A stretch of DNA of 54,134 nt from a virus (lineage: Duplodnaviria > Caudoviricetes), in IMG/VR virus record IMGVR_UViG_3300027749_003795, positions 1 through 54,134 of that record; one strand, 5' to 3'. Made by a program: the position numbers and the translations under genes. A model generated the notes under the pieces. The model saw only the letters and a program-made list of their open reading frames with translations. It did not search any database and was not told the DNA's origin. Shown piece by piece: positions 19,322 to 29,348 of this stretch. How positions within the stretch are numbered: position 1 is the stretch's first letter; each line of letters opens with the position of its first letter.

Positions 19322-19678
19322 ATGAAATTATTTGAAGTAGATCTTGGATCCGCAAGCGACGTTCTGAGGATTCTACAAAGTAATGCCAATAAACCAGGGT
19401 CTGCGAGAACGGGTAAGTCTTTAACTGTTCCTTTTTCTACAATGATTAATCTGTTAGATCAATTCGATTTAGGTATTAGCACCATAGATGGAATACGTAA
19501 ATGGGTCGAAACAGTTCCCGGCGCTAAAGCAGTTATTGACAGTGTGTTGGATGACGGATCTGTAATAGTTAAAACCACAGCAAAAAATCCTAATAAAGAT
19601 AAAGCTCAATCAACAAGTGGTCCTAGCCCTGCAATTGACACCATGGCATCTAAGAATGCCAAAACTATAACCAAATAA
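19322..19678 (+). CDS. Hypothetical protein
   Basis: Abuts the upstream stop; MKLFE start. Confidence 0.7.
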   Translation: MKLFEVDLGSASDVLRILQSNANKPGSARTGKSLTVPFSTMINLLDQFDLGISTIDGIRKWVETVPGAKAVIDSVLDDGSVIVKTTAKNPNKDKAQSTSGPSPAIDTMASKNAKTITK

Positions 19679-19684
19679 TTTTTA

Positions 19685-20314
19685 TTATAGGAAATCTCTA
19701 CCAGGTTTTCTGGTGCCTTGCCAATGTTGGTTATTTTTTCCTAAATGTTTACATATTACATTTTCTAACATAACTATATTTTGTTCTCTAATCTCATGAG
19801 TATTTCCCCAGCATATTATAAATCTATCATCACACATACTACAATCATTAGAATTGGTATAATAATTTTTTACCTTATATAATTGAAAAAATCCCCATGG
19901 CCAATTATTTTTGGTCTGATCATCTGTCTGATCATTATTAAAATTTTCTTTGGTATAAAAATAATGTCTGTATCCTGCACCGTATAATTTATTTGGATCT
20001 AACTTACTGGTATCAATAGAAAAATCTGAACAAAGTGCAATATCTGAATCAATATTTAAATACCATTCATCTGGATATTCCTTGAATGCTAACTCTTGTG
20101 CCATTTTTAAAGCACCGCCTTTGTCAAATGCTGCACCATTATTATTAAAATTCCAAAATAATACTGTATGATTATCAGTTTTAGGAATTTGATCTATAGT
20201 TGCTTGATCATTAGGATTAGTGACCCAATACCAATGTTTAAAATGTCTTTCATTTGACTCTAGTATAACTGGTATTAAATCGTGATAATTAGTTGAAACG
20301 GTAATTGCTATCAT
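19685..20314 (-). CDS. GT-A-fold glycosyltransferase-like protein
   Basis: FDKGGAL...W.LNIDSDI (DxD)...GFFQLY...CDD.F. Confidence 0.6.
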   Translation of the reverse strand: MIAITVSTNYHDLIPVILESNERHFKHWYWVTNPNDQATIDQIPKTDNHTVLFWNFNNNGAAFDKGGALKMAQELAFKEYPDEWYLNIDSDIALCSDFSIDTSKLDPNKLYGAGYRHYFYTKENFNNDQTDDQTKNNWPWGFFQLYKVKNYYTNSNDCSMCDDRFIICWGNTHEIREQNIVMLENVICKHLGKNNQHWQGTRKPGRDFL

Positions 20315-20337
20315 AAAATTATTTATTTTTCTAAAAC

Positions 20338-20366
20338 TTGACTATACCTAAACATGATATTATAAT
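20338..20366 (+). promoter_or_regulatory. sigma70-type promoter (near-leaderless transcript)
   Basis: TTGACT-N17-TATAAT, 9 nt before the ATG. Confidence 0.7.
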
Positions 20367-20375
20367 TAATACTAT

Positions 20376-21077
20376 ATGACAACAACTTACAATCCACCTC
20401 CCTTTGTTGAAAGATTTCAATATAAAAATTGTGTACAGATCAATGACCCAATAACTCGAAAAAGAGTTTATCGAACACCCGATGGTGAAAAGTTACCTAG
20501 TGTAACCACTATCTTAGGTGCTACTAAAGATCAAACTCATCTTAATGCATGGCGTAATCGTATCGGGCATGATAAAGCACAACAAATTACTACAGAGGCT
20601 GCTGGGGTAGGAACTGCTATGCATGCCAATTTAGAACGTTTCTTAATTGGAGAACAACGTCAACCTGGTAGTAATCCTGTACATGTACAGGCTAACAAAA
20701 TGGCCGACATCATTATTGAAAACGGTCTTAGTAAAATGAGTGAAGTTTGGGCCATGGAACAAAGTCTTTACTTTCCCGGCCTATATAGTGGTACTACCGA
20801 CTTGATTGGTGTTTATCAAGGTAATCCGTGTATTGCTGACCACAAACAAACCAACAAGCCTAAGAAAGCAGAATGGGTAGACGACTATTACATTCAACTT
20901 ATGGCCTATATATTAGCACATAATGAAGTTTACGGTACTGACATTAGAGAAGGACATATTTTCATGTGTAGTAGAGATTTACAATATCAACAATTTACAC
21001 TAGAACCTAAAGATTTTAACAAGTGGCAAGACGCTTGGTTAAACAAAGTTGAAGAATACTACGCCCTAACTAAGTAG
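20376..21077 (+). CDS. PD-(D/E)XK family exonuclease
   Basis: LPSVTTIL...GTAMH...E..L....YSGTTDLI...IADHK...Y..QL.AY. Confidence 0.85.
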   Translation: MTTTYNPPPFVERFQYKNCVQINDPITRKRVYRTPDGEKLPSVTTILGATKDQTHLNAWRNRIGHDKAQQITTEAAGVGTAMHANLERFLIGEQRQPGSNPVHVQANKMADIIIENGLSKMSEVWAMEQSLYFPGLYSGTTDLIGVYQGNPCIADHKQTNKPKKAEWVDDYYIQLMAYILAHNEVYGTDIREGHIFMCSRDLQYQQFTLEPKDFNKWQDAWLNKVEEYYALTK

Positions 21078-21116
21078 CCCTTTCATGATAAATATCCCAT
21101 AGCGAGGGATATTATT

Positions 21117-22799
21117 ATGGCTGTGGTTGAGATCTCAAAAATTCAAGTCCGAAGAGGACAAGAAAATCAAACTGGTATACCAGCATTAGCTGGTGGAGAA
21201 TTTGGTTGGGCGGCTGATACTGAGCATTTATACATCGGCTTAAGAAGAGACGACGGCGGTGCTAGAGATGCCAATGTTAGAATTCTAACTGAAAATGATT
21301 TGATAGTATCAAATCTTTTTGATTCATCTATTGCAGCTAATTATACCTATCGTAATGATACAGATCCTCCTATTACTGCTCATCCAGTCACAGGTATTGC
21401 ATATGTAAGAGACATTAATAGAAAAATAGATGATTTTGTTAGTATTAGGGATTTTGGTGTAATTGGGCAGGGCGGTGCTATTATTGAATCAGAATTAATT
21501 CAGGCTGCTATTGATCATTTATTTCTTGATCCATTAAAAAATACTACGTACTTTGGAACATATACTGCCAAGGTATTATATTTTCCAGCAGGTGTTTACA
21601 ACATAGATCAACCTATACTTGTTCCAGCTTATACAACAATAGTTGGTGACGGAATTGGTAAGACTATTATTAATTTAAAAGGTACAAATAGTTCTGCTAT
21701 TCAAACAATAGATGCGGATACAAATAATATCTATACAAACAGGGTAACATTTGATACAGGCAATATGTCCTCGGGTCCAGCACAGCCGAATTATCTTCAT
21801 GTACAAAGTTTAACTATACGATATTCTCCAGATATTGGTGTGGCTAATTGTTTGCCGTTAGTAAGTTTAGACTGTTCTGAAAATGCTACGTTTAGAGATG
21901 TTAAATTTGCAGGCAATCATTATATAGGTGATAATATAGATCCAGGACATAGTGGTATTACTATTAGGGGATATGCCGGTGCTGAAAATTTAACAGTATC
22001 TTCTAATAATACATTGATTGATAATTGTGAATTTGATGGATTTTATCATTGTGTTATATCAAATTTTGATATTATAAATCCTGTTATACAAAATTCTCAA
22101 TTTTATAACTCTGTGAGAGGAATTTCATTTAACTCTGAAATAGACGAAGAAGCAACAACTGGTCCCCGTGGTGCTCGCATTTTAAATAATAGATTTGTAA
22201 AAATTAATCAACAGGCTATATACGTTGGAGATAGTGCTAACGGTTATACTACTGATAATGTTATTATGAATAATCGTTATTATAATGTAGGTAATCTTAA
22301 CTATGGTAGAACTAGTACAACCGGTACTTCTGTAATTACATTAGGTAACGGTGACGTAAGCATGAACGATTGGTTTGATAGACAAGAATACCAAGATACA
22401 AATTTTGGAAATATTGATGTTAATTATGTACCATTTATTGCTGGTCCTGCTGTTATTAATGATTTATCAGTTAAAACTTTTTCTATATATGCAGGAGCAA
22501 CTGTTATACTTAGATTACCTATAACTGGATCATCACAAAATTTAACTGTTAATTATAAGTTAACTAAAGGTAGTCCGGGCGCATATACCATTGATAGAAT
22601 TGGAAAACTTAATATATATCTACAGCCAGGCGATACTCCAAATGATACCAATATTTTAGATGAATATACTTACATCTTTGGGGAAGGTGACATTAAATGG
22701 AATTTAGCTGTTGCTGGTTCACGTAGTTATTATGAACTAAGTTTATTAACTTTACTTAACGAACTTACACTAGAATTTCAAACTAACCTAATGATCTAA
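21117..22799 (+). CDS. Tail/baseplate-associated protein with a pectin-lyase-like beta-helix
   Basis: N-terminal KIQVRRG...LAGGEFGW..DT..LYIG module; SIRDFG..G...IQAAID...LYFPAGVY; Asn-rich beta-helix repeats. Confidence 0.7.
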   Translation: MAVVEISKIQVRRGQENQTGIPALAGGEFGWAADTEHLYIGLRRDDGGARDANVRILTENDLIVSNLFDSSIAANYTYRNDTDPPITAHPVTGIAYVRDINRKIDDFVSIRDFGVIGQGGAIIESELIQAAIDHLFLDPLKNTTYFGTYTAKVLYFPAGVYNIDQPILVPAYTTIVGDGIGKTIINLKGTNSSAIQTIDADTNNIYTNRVTFDTGNMSSGPAQPNYLHVQSLTIRYSPDIGVANCLPLVSLDCSENATFRDVKFAGNHYIGDNIDPGHSGITIRGYAGAENLTVSSNNTLIDNCEFDGFYHCVISNFDIINPVIQNSQFYNSVRGISFNSEIDEEATTGPRGARILNNRFVKINQQAIYVGDSANGYTTDNVIMNNRYYNVGNLNYGRTSTTGTSVITLGNGDVSMNDWFDRQEYQDTNFGNIDVNYVPFIAGPAVINDLSVKTFSIYAGATVILRLPITGSSQNLTVNYKLTKGSPGAYTIDRIGKLNIYLQPGDTPNDTNILDEYTYIFGEGDIKWNLAVAGSRSYYELSLLTLLNELTLEFQTNLMI

Positions 22800-22802
22800 A
22801 AT

Positions 22803-23237
22803 ATGTTTAACCAACCTGTTGATGCAAGACTAACAGAATGGATTGAACATAGGCGAGACTTAGACCATAGCAGTGAGCCCTTACAAGCAGTTTGGGATTT
22901 TTGGCAAGCCGCACCGTTCGTTCCACACAATAGAAATATTGATCCTTATCATCAAAAAAGCTGGCCAACCCCTTGGGAAATTATTGAAACAAATAGGTAT
23001 GATGATTTTACCAAGGCACTAATGATCAGTTGGACATTGAAATTGACAAAAAAATATCAAAATAGTAAGATAGAACTTAAAACACTCGTTGACTCTAATC
23101 GTACAAAAGAGTATAATGTAGTATGTGTAGATGATGTTTGGGTGTTAAACTATAATGATAACGGGCCTGTTTCCGTTGAAGAATTAACCAATGGATTTAA
23201 ACTTGAAAATCTAATTGAAATTGCAGGGCCCAGGTAA
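22803..23237 (+). CDS. Hypothetical protein
   Basis: 144-aa ORF with WPTPWEII motif. Confidence 0.7.
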   Translation: MFNQPVDARLTEWIEHRRDLDHSSEPLQAVWDFWQAAPFVPHNRNIDPYHQKSWPTPWEIIETNRYDDFTKALMISWTLKLTKKYQNSKIELKTLVDSNRTKEYNVVCVDDVWVLNYNDNGPVSVEELTNGFKLENLIEIAGPR

Positions 23238-23267
23238 ATATCACCTAAGACATAAAAAGGTATAAGA

Positions 23268-25592
23268 ATGATAACAGTAGTAAAGCGTAATGGTAGCCGT
23301 GTATCCATGGACATAGAAAAGATTCAAAGACAAGTAGCATATTCTTGTAAAGGTATCGACGGAGTTAGTCCTAGCATGATTGAAATTAAAGCTCAGATAG
23401 AACTACATGACGGCATGACTACTAAAACCATAGATGAATTATTACTCAAGGCCATGGTGGACTTGGTTGACGAAACAGAAAATCCAGAAATTAATAATGT
23501 AAACTATCAATATGTAGCAGGCAAACAACGTGTTAGTATGTTACGTAAAGAAGTTTATGGACAATATGGTCCTCCTTCTTTATATGACATTGTAAAGAAA
23601 AATGTTGAGTTGGGTATGTATACTAGTGAACTATTAGATTGGTATTCTAAAGAAGAATGGGATATTATTGATCTGTTTATTGATCATGATAAAGACGAAA
23701 CATACACCTATGCCGCCATAGCGCAGTTATGTGAAAAATATCTAGTACAAAATCGTGCCACTGGACAGATATTTGAGACTCCTCAGGTACGTTATGCTGT
23801 TGCCTCTGCTACAGCATTCCACAATGAGCCAAAAGAATCAAGATTAAAATATGTTAAAGAATATTACGAATGTGCTAGTGCAGGCCATTTCACTCTTGCT
23901 ACTCCTGTTCTTGCCGGACTTGGCACAACTACCAAACAGTTTTCAAGTTGTGTGCTTATCAGCAGTGATGATACTTTGGACAGTATCTTTGCTAGTGGTG
24001 AAATGATGGCCAAGTATGCTAGTAAACGTGCTGGCATTGGATTAGAGATTGGACGCATTCGCCCATTAGGTGCTCCTATTCGTAATGGTGAAATCAAACA
24101 TACAGGTATGATACCTTTCTTAAAGAAATGGTTTGCGGATCTGCGTAGTTGTAGCCAAGGTGGTATTCGTAATGCAAGTTGTACAGTAACATTTCCTGTC
24201 TGGCATTATCAATTTGAAGACCTTATTGTATTAAAAAATAATCAAGGTACAGACGAAACCCGTGTACGTCAAATGGATTACAGCGTGGTAGTTAACAAGA
24301 TGTTTTGGAATCGTTATAAAAATGGACAAATGATGACATTGTTTGATCCACATGATGTTCCGGACCTTTACGAAGCATACTATCGCAACAGCGAAGAATT
24401 TGAAAAACTATACTTAAATTATGAAAAGCATCCGACAATTAAAAAGAAAAGCATATCGGCAGATGAAATATTCAAAAATGGTATACTTAAAGAACGTACT
24501 GATACTGGGCGCATCTACCTTGTCAACATTGACAACGTTATCAACCAGGGCCCGTTTGATACACAGCTTGACCCAATATATCAATCAAATCTATGCCAAG
24601 AAATACTTTTACCCACAAAGCCTTTCCAAAGAATTGAAGATCCAGAGGGACGCATTGCTCTTTGTACTCTTGGGTCCATAAATTGGGGTGCTTTCCGTAA
24701 CCCACAAGAGATGCGTAAAGCGTGTCGTGTATTAGTTCGTAGTCTAAGTAACTTGTTACAATATCAAGACTTCCTAAGCATACAAAGTAAATTAGCCAAT
24801 GAAGATTTTGAACCTCTCGGTGTTGGCATTACAAACTTGGCCTACTGGCATGCACGTAAAAGTTTTAAATATGGTGAAGCAGATGCACTGGCAGAAGTTA
24901 AACGCTGGATGGAACACCAAGCATATTACCTTACCGAAGCAAGTGTGGAACTGGCCCAAGAGCGTGGCCCATGTAAGCGTAGCGAACATACTTACTACGG
25001 TAAGGGAATATTTCCTTGGGAACGTAGAGCCAACGGTGTCAATGAACTTACAGATTTTACACCTAGTATAGATTGGGAACCATTGCGTGAACGTATGAAA
25101 AAATACGGAATACGTAATGCTACACTTATGGCAGTTGCTCCCGTTGAGTCTAGTAGTGTTGTATTAAATTCTACAAACGGTATTGAAATGCCCATGGAAC
25201 TGATCAGTGTTAAAGAAAGTAAAGCAGGATCATTTACACAAGTTGTTCCAGAATATCGACGCTTAAAGAATCGATATCAACTAATGTGGGAACAAACCGA
25301 CTGTGTTGATTACTTAAAAACATCAGCGGTACTAGCAGCATACATTGATCAAAGTCTAAGTACTAATACATTCTATAGTCCAAGACATTTTAAAGATGGC
25401 AAAGTCCCGGGCACTCTAATTGCTAAGAATTTAATGTTGGCCTACAAATGGGGAATCAAAACTTTGTATTATAGCCTAATAGACAAAGTGGGTAGTAAGA
25501 ATATATTAATGACACAGAGTGATAGATTAGTAGCATTAGAACCTGTTACCATATACAGTGATGAAGAAGATTGTGAGGCCTGCAAATTATGA
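23268..25592 (+). CDS. nrdA: Ribonucleoside-diphosphate reductase class Ia alpha subunit
   Basis: ATP-cone VVKRNG; QFSSCVL; CSQGGIR; SNLCQEI; LCTL; KTLYY; C-terminal CEAC. Confidence 0.97.
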   Translation: MITVVKRNGSRVSMDIEKIQRQVAYSCKGIDGVSPSMIEIKAQIELHDGMTTKTIDELLLKAMVDLVDETENPEINNVNYQYVAGKQRVSMLRKEVYGQYGPPSLYDIVKKNVELGMYTSELLDWYSKEEWDIIDLFIDHDKDETYTYAAIAQLCEKYLVQNRATGQIFETPQVRYAVASATAFHNEPKESRLKYVKEYYECASAGHFTLATPVLAGLGTTTKQFSSCVLISSDDTLDSIFASGEMMAKYASKRAGIGLEIGRIRPLGAPIRNGEIKHTGMIPFLKKWFADLRSCSQGGIRNASCTVTFPVWHYQFEDLIVLKNNQGTDETRVRQMDYSVVVNKMFWNRYKNGQMMTLFDPHDVPDLYEAYYRNSEEFEKLYLNYEKHPTIKKKSISADEIFKNGILKERTDTGRIYLVNIDNVINQGPFDTQLDPIYQSNLCQEILLPTKPFQRIEDPEGRIALCTLGSINWGAFRNPQEMRKACRVLVRSLSNLLQYQDFLSIQSKLANEDFEPLGVGITNLAYWHARKSFKYGEADALAEVKRWMEHQAYYLTEASVELAQERGPCKRSEHTYYGKGIFPWERRANGVNELTDFTPSIDWEPLRERMKKYGIRNATLMAVAPVESSSVVLNSTNGIEMPMELISVKESKAGSFTQVVPEYRRLKNRYQLMWEQTDCVDYLKTSAVLAAYIDQSLSTNTFYSPRHFKDGKVPGTLIAKNLMLAYKWGIKTLYYSLIDKVGSKNILMTQSDRLVALEPVTIYSDEEDCEACKL

Positions 25593-25744
25593 AACAACAG
25601 AGTAACAAGAAAAAAATTGCTGATCAAAAAAAAATGATTAAAGAGGCTAATGAGAGACATGATCGTGAGTTTGGAGCAAATCCTATAATTGTTAAATATG
25701 CCACGCATGTAAAAGGTAGAAAAGATATTTCAAATAAAAGATAA
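25589..25744 (+). CDS. Small basic hypothetical protein (51 aa) between nrdA and nrdB
   Basis: Hand translation MKQQSNKKKIADQKKMIKEANERHDREFG...; ATGA overlap with the nrdA stop. Confidence 0.45.
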   Translation: MKQQSNKKKIADQKKMIKEANERHDREFGANPIIVKYATHVKGRKDISNKR

Positions 25745-25748
25745 TAAT

Positions 25749-26849
25749 ATGTCAAAAGAACAATACAATTTAAGCAAACAAACAAACTATCTCAAACGTA
25801 AAATGTTTTTGGATCCAGCGGGTCCAGTTACAGTACAGCGTTTTGAAGAAGTTAAATATCAAAAATTACAAAAGTACGAAGAGCTCGCCCGCGGATTCTT
25901 TTGGGTGCCTGAAGAGATTAGTCTCACCAAAGACAAAATGGATCACAAAGATGCCAGTGATGCTGTTAAACATATCTTCACTAGTAATCTATTAAGACAA
26001 ACTGCATTGGATAGTATTCAAGGTCGAGCACCATTTCAAATCTTTGGACCAGTATCTAGTTTGCCTGAACTCGAAGCACTTGCATTGACATGGAGTTTTT
26101 TCGAAACCAGCATACACAGCAAATCATACAGCCACATTATTAGAAACATCTATAGTGTGCCCAAGGATGAATTCAACAAGATCCACGACACTAAGGAAAT
26201 TGTTGAAATGGCTGCTAACATAGGACGCCATTATGAAAACCTACACTTACTTAACTGCCGTAAAGAAATGGGTGAAGAAATTGATCTCCACACTCACAAG
26301 CGGGCAATTTGGTTGGCATTACATGCAAGCTATGCACTCGAGGCATTCCGCTTCATGGTATCATTCGCAACATCGTTGGCAATGGTCGAAAACAAAATCT
26401 ACATCGGCAACGGAAACATCATTAGTCTCATCCTCCAAGACGAACTCCTCCATGCAGAATGGACCGCTTGGTTGATCAACAATGTAGTCAAGGATGACGA
26501 GGACTTTGTTGCACTTGAAGAAGAATGTGCAGAAGAAGTATACGCAATGTATATGGAAGTTATTGCTGAAGAAAAGGCTTGGGCAGATTACTTGTTCAAG
26601 AAAGGACCAGTCATTGGTCTCAATGCTACTATTCTAAAAGACTTTGTAGACTATACAGCATTTACACGTTTAAAAGACATTGGTATTAAGTATGCTGAAG
26701 AGCATCCACGTAGCAGTCCTATTCCATGGTTTAACAAACATGTTAACATTGGTAAGAAGCAAAGTGCATTACAGGAAACTGAAAGTACAAATTATGTAAT
26801 TGGGGTAATGTCAGATAGTGTTACCTATGATGACCTACCGGATCTATAA
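25749..26849 (+). CDS. nrdB: Ribonucleoside-diphosphate reductase class Ia beta subunit
   Basis: FFWVPEEI; LDSIQ; ETSIHSKSY; LEAFRF; DELLH; QETE..NY. Confidence 0.97.
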   Translation: MSKEQYNLSKQTNYLKRKMFLDPAGPVTVQRFEEVKYQKLQKYEELARGFFWVPEEISLTKDKMDHKDASDAVKHIFTSNLLRQTALDSIQGRAPFQIFGPVSSLPELEALALTWSFFETSIHSKSYSHIIRNIYSVPKDEFNKIHDTKEIVEMAANIGRHYENLHLLNCRKEMGEEIDLHTHKRAIWLALHASYALEAFRFMVSFATSLAMVENKIYIGNGNIISLILQDELLHAEWTAWLINNVVKDDEDFVALEEECAEEVYAMYMEVIAEEKAWADYLFKKGPVIGLNATILKDFVDYTAFTRLKDIGIKYAEEHPRSSPIPWFNKHVNIGKKQSALQETESTNYVIGVMSDSVTYDDLPDL

Positions 26850-27013
26850 TGTCCACTGAAGCTGATAAAATTAAAAAACTTGAACAGCAGGTTGAGCAAT
26901 TGATCAAACAGAATCAAGAGTTAAACCAACGTATTAGTTTATTAGAAAGAGAAAATGGCCGTAGACGGCAAGAGGTTAATCAAATAACCTCAGCAATCAA
27001 TAGAAGAGGATAA
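26849..27013 (+). CDS. Small coiled-coil protein (54 aa)
   Basis: Hand translation MSTEADKIKKLEQQVEQLIKQNQELNQRISLLERENGRRRQEV...; TAATG overlap. Confidence 0.6.
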   Translation: MSTEADKIKKLEQQVEQLIKQNQELNQRISLLERENGRRRQEVNQITSAINRRG

Positions 27014-27018
27014 TAAAA

Positions 27019-27240
27019 ATGAAAGCAATATTATGGAGTAAGTACAATTGTACTAATTGTGATCAAGCCCATGCATTACTAATTTCCAAAGGTTATCAAA
27101 TTGAAGAACGTAAGATTGGCGACGGATACTCTAAAGAAGAATTATTTGAAGAAGTACCTAATGCTCGCAGTGTTCCACAAATCTTTATTGAAGGTGCTCA
27201 TGTAGGTGGATTCAATGAGCTCAGGGAATATCTAAAATGA
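27019..27240 (+). CDS. Glutaredoxin
   Basis: CTNC; SVPQIFI; VGGF; adjacent to nrdAB. Confidence 0.92.
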   Translation: MKAILWSKYNCTNCDQAHALLISKGYQIEERKIGDGYSKEELFEEVPNARSVPQIFIEGAHVGGFNELREYLK

Positions 27241-27671
27241 CAAAAAATATAGAGATTGTTCCACTTGACAACGACACAATCAATACCATCACATTGGATA
27301 AGTTGTCGATACCACCCTATCTAACAGCAAACTTAACTAGTGGTCCATATCCTAGTCTTAATGTAGGTTTAGGAACAAGCGGTAGTGGTGGAACTTATTA
27401 TACCACCAACAGCACATCACCTTGGCAAAACCTTACTATGACTAATAATCATCAATCATCATTAAATGTAAAAGGTGATGCAGAGTTCGAAGGCAAGGTT
27501 AAAGTAAATGGCCAGGATCTCGGTGAGTTTATGGAAACAATATCCAAGCGTCTTGCTATACTTGTACCAGACCCGGCTAAGTTAGAACACTTTGAAGCGT
27601 TAAAGAAAGCCTACAACCACTATAAGATGCTGGAAAAGTTGTGCGAATTACCCAAAGAAGAAAAGGAATAA
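27237..27671 (+). CDS. Hypothetical protein
   Basis: 144 aa; ATGA overlap. Confidence 0.7.
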   Translation: MTKNIEIVPLDNDTINTITLDKLSIPPYLTANLTSGPYPSLNVGLGTSGSGGTYYTTNSTSPWQNLTMTNNHQSSLNVKGDAEFEGKVKVNGQDLGEFMETISKRLAILVPDPAKLEHFEALKKAYNHYKMLEKLCELPKEEKE

Positions 27672-27672
27672 A

Positions 27673-27960
27673 ATGTTAATAGAAAGAGGATTTACCACTG
27701 CTGATGTTGTTAGTTTAAAACTAATTAACGGTGAAGAATTAATTGCACGTTTTGAAAGTGAAACTGCTGACATAATTAAAATTGTTAAACCAATGTGCGT
27801 TACACTTAATGGTCAAGGTGTTGGATTAATGCCTTGGATGTTTCTTGGCAATGGTAAAGAAGTAACTTTAAACAAGTCACATATATTTGCCATAATGACC
27901 AGCAAGCATGAGGCTGCTGATCAATATAGAGACAGTACCACTGATATAGCATTACGATAA
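27673..27960 (+). CDS. Sm-like fold protein
   Basis: VSLKL.NGEELIA...I.KP...L.PWM pattern. Confidence 0.55.
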   Translation: MLIERGFTTADVVSLKLINGEELIARFESETADIIKIVKPMCVTLNGQGVGLMPWMFLGNGKEVTLNKSHIFAIMTSKHEAADQYRDSTTDIALR

Positions 27961-27982
27961 ATATTATCCAAGGGGATAATAT

Positions 27983-29035
27983 ATGGCGGTAGATCAGCCG
28001 GTGGCTAGATTTGGTGATCCAACAACTACAGGACACGGGTGTGATGGGACAACAACTGTAATTGGTCCAACTGGTGCTACGGCTAAAGTTTATGCAAATA
28101 ATTTAGGAATAGAATGTAAAGATAATCCTACTGCTGCACATACCATACCGTCGGGTCGTATATGTGTTGATCATCCAGCAAAAATTAATGAGGGGTCTGA
28201 TAGTGTTTTTATTGCTAATATTCCTGTTGCTAGAGTTACTGATTCTACAGATGGCGGTGCAATAACATCAGGAAGTCCTAATGTATTTGTAGGGAAAGCA
28301 CCGGGAACTTTTGGAATATCGTCAGTATCTGTTTCAATTTATATTCCCGAAGGAGACCAAACTTCGGCAGTAACATTAGTTAATAATTATGTTGCTGCTC
28401 AAACTGGACAACCTAATACCTATTATAAACCAGAAGCGGCTGCGGATGGTGTTAAAGGTAACTATGCAGGTACTCCAGAAATATCCAATCCTGCTGCTGT
28501 ATCAACTGGAACAGTGGCATCTGATCCAACCGCATCGGATCTCATACCATTCTTACAAGCAAGAGTATTAGAGGCAGGATCTGGTACATGGAGAGAAACA
28601 GGTCAAGGTGGTAATGCAAGTAATACTAAGATAACTGGGATATGGACTAATCTTGGATATCCTGCTAGCAATCCTTGGACAACAGATCAAACTGCATGGT
28701 GTATGGGCTTTGTTAATTATGCTCTTAAAAATTCTGGATACAAATATGTTCAAACAGCCAGTGCAGCACTTATCACTAGTAATCCAGAAAAGTGGGGGGC
28801 AGTACAAGTACCCAAAGCAGAAGCACAACCAGGCGATATTGCATTTTGGAGTTATAGGCATGTGAATTTTGTTTATACCGCTGCAAATGGAAAATACAGT
28901 TTTGTCGGTGGAAATCAAACTCCAAGCGGCGGGAAGAACAATCCAGATGATGGAGATATCACCATTTCATATCCAGGTGGTACCGCTGCAAGTAACGCAA
29001 ATTGGGTCAGTTGCTGGCGTATAAAAAAATCATAA
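27983..29035 (+). CDS. PAAR-like spike-tip domain fused to an NlpC/P60-like (TIGR02594-type) peptidoglycan hydrolase
   Basis: PVAR.GD...PVARVTD...GAITSGSPNVFVG; TAWCMGFVNYAL...PGDI.FW...HV.FV...VGGNQ. Confidence 0.8.
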   Translation: MAVDQPVARFGDPTTTGHGCDGTTTVIGPTGATAKVYANNLGIECKDNPTAAHTIPSGRICVDHPAKINEGSDSVFIANIPVARVTDSTDGGAITSGSPNVFVGKAPGTFGISSVSVSIYIPEGDQTSAVTLVNNYVAAQTGQPNTYYKPEAAADGVKGNYAGTPEISNPAAVSTGTVASDPTASDLIPFLQARVLEAGSGTWRETGQGGNASNTKITGIWTNLGYPASNPWTTDQTAWCMGFVNYALKNSGYKYVQTASAALITSNPEKWGAVQVPKAEAQPGDIAFWSYRHVNFVYTAANGKYSFVGGNQTPSGGKNNPDDGDITISYPGGTAASNANWVSCWRIKKS

Positions 29036-29043
29036 GTATTATA

Positions 29044-29117
29044 GTCTGCAAGGGCATAATGCATAGCATTTTGGAAGGTGCAAGTCCGGGAGGCAGGAGA
29101 AGCCAATTCTTGCAGAT
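29044..29117 (+). ncRNA. Candidate small structured RNA
   Basis: Closing stem GTCTGCAAGG/TCTTGCAGAT around a G-rich interior with a T-loop-like GGTGCAAGTCC. Confidence 0.3.
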
Positions 29118-29143
29118 TTCTCCACTTTTTGGGTAAATTATGG

Positions 29144-29172
29144 TTGACAAACTGGTAAAACCATGTTATAAT
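29144..29172 (+). promoter_or_regulatory. sigma70-type promoter
   Basis: TTGACA-N17-TATAAT with extended -10 TG. Confidence 0.85.
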
Positions 29173-29201
29173 TAACGCTTAACAACACAAAGGAGTCTGC
29201 T

Positions 29202-29348
29202 ATGTACCGATATAAAGTTTGGGTTCGTTTGAATCCTTATCAAACCGCCAATGTTATTGTTAATGCTGACAACGACTGGCAGGCTAAAATGATTGCCGAA
29301 GCCCAATATGGTCAAGGCATGGTGTTGAATTATATGCGAGAAGACTAA
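29202..29348 (+). CDS. Small hypothetical protein (48 aa, MYRYKVWVRLNPYQTANVIVNADNDWQAKMIAEAQYGQGMVLNYMRED)
   Basis: Consensus promoter and AAGGAG RBS; hand translation. Confidence 0.75.
   Translation: MYRYKVWVRLNPYQTANVIVNADNDWQAKMIAEAQYGQGMVLNYMRED

Noticed and set aside
20376-21077. Cas4 indicating a CRISPR system
   Set aside because: No Cas4 four-Cys cluster pattern, no array and no other cas genes; an ordinary phage PD-(D/E)XK nuclease.
22803-23237. Transglutaminase-like cysteine protease (W.TP.E...D motif)
   Set aside because: The expected catalytic Cys is absent (YDDF); left as hypothetical.
25589-25748. Intron or homing-endonuclease remnant between nrdA and nrdB
   Set aside because: Both subunits are uninterrupted and the small ORF has no nuclease motif.
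29074-29100. SRP (4.5S) RNA suggested by GTCCGGGAGGCAG
   Set aside because: Lacks the conserved CAGG-GNRA-AGCA domain IV arrangement.
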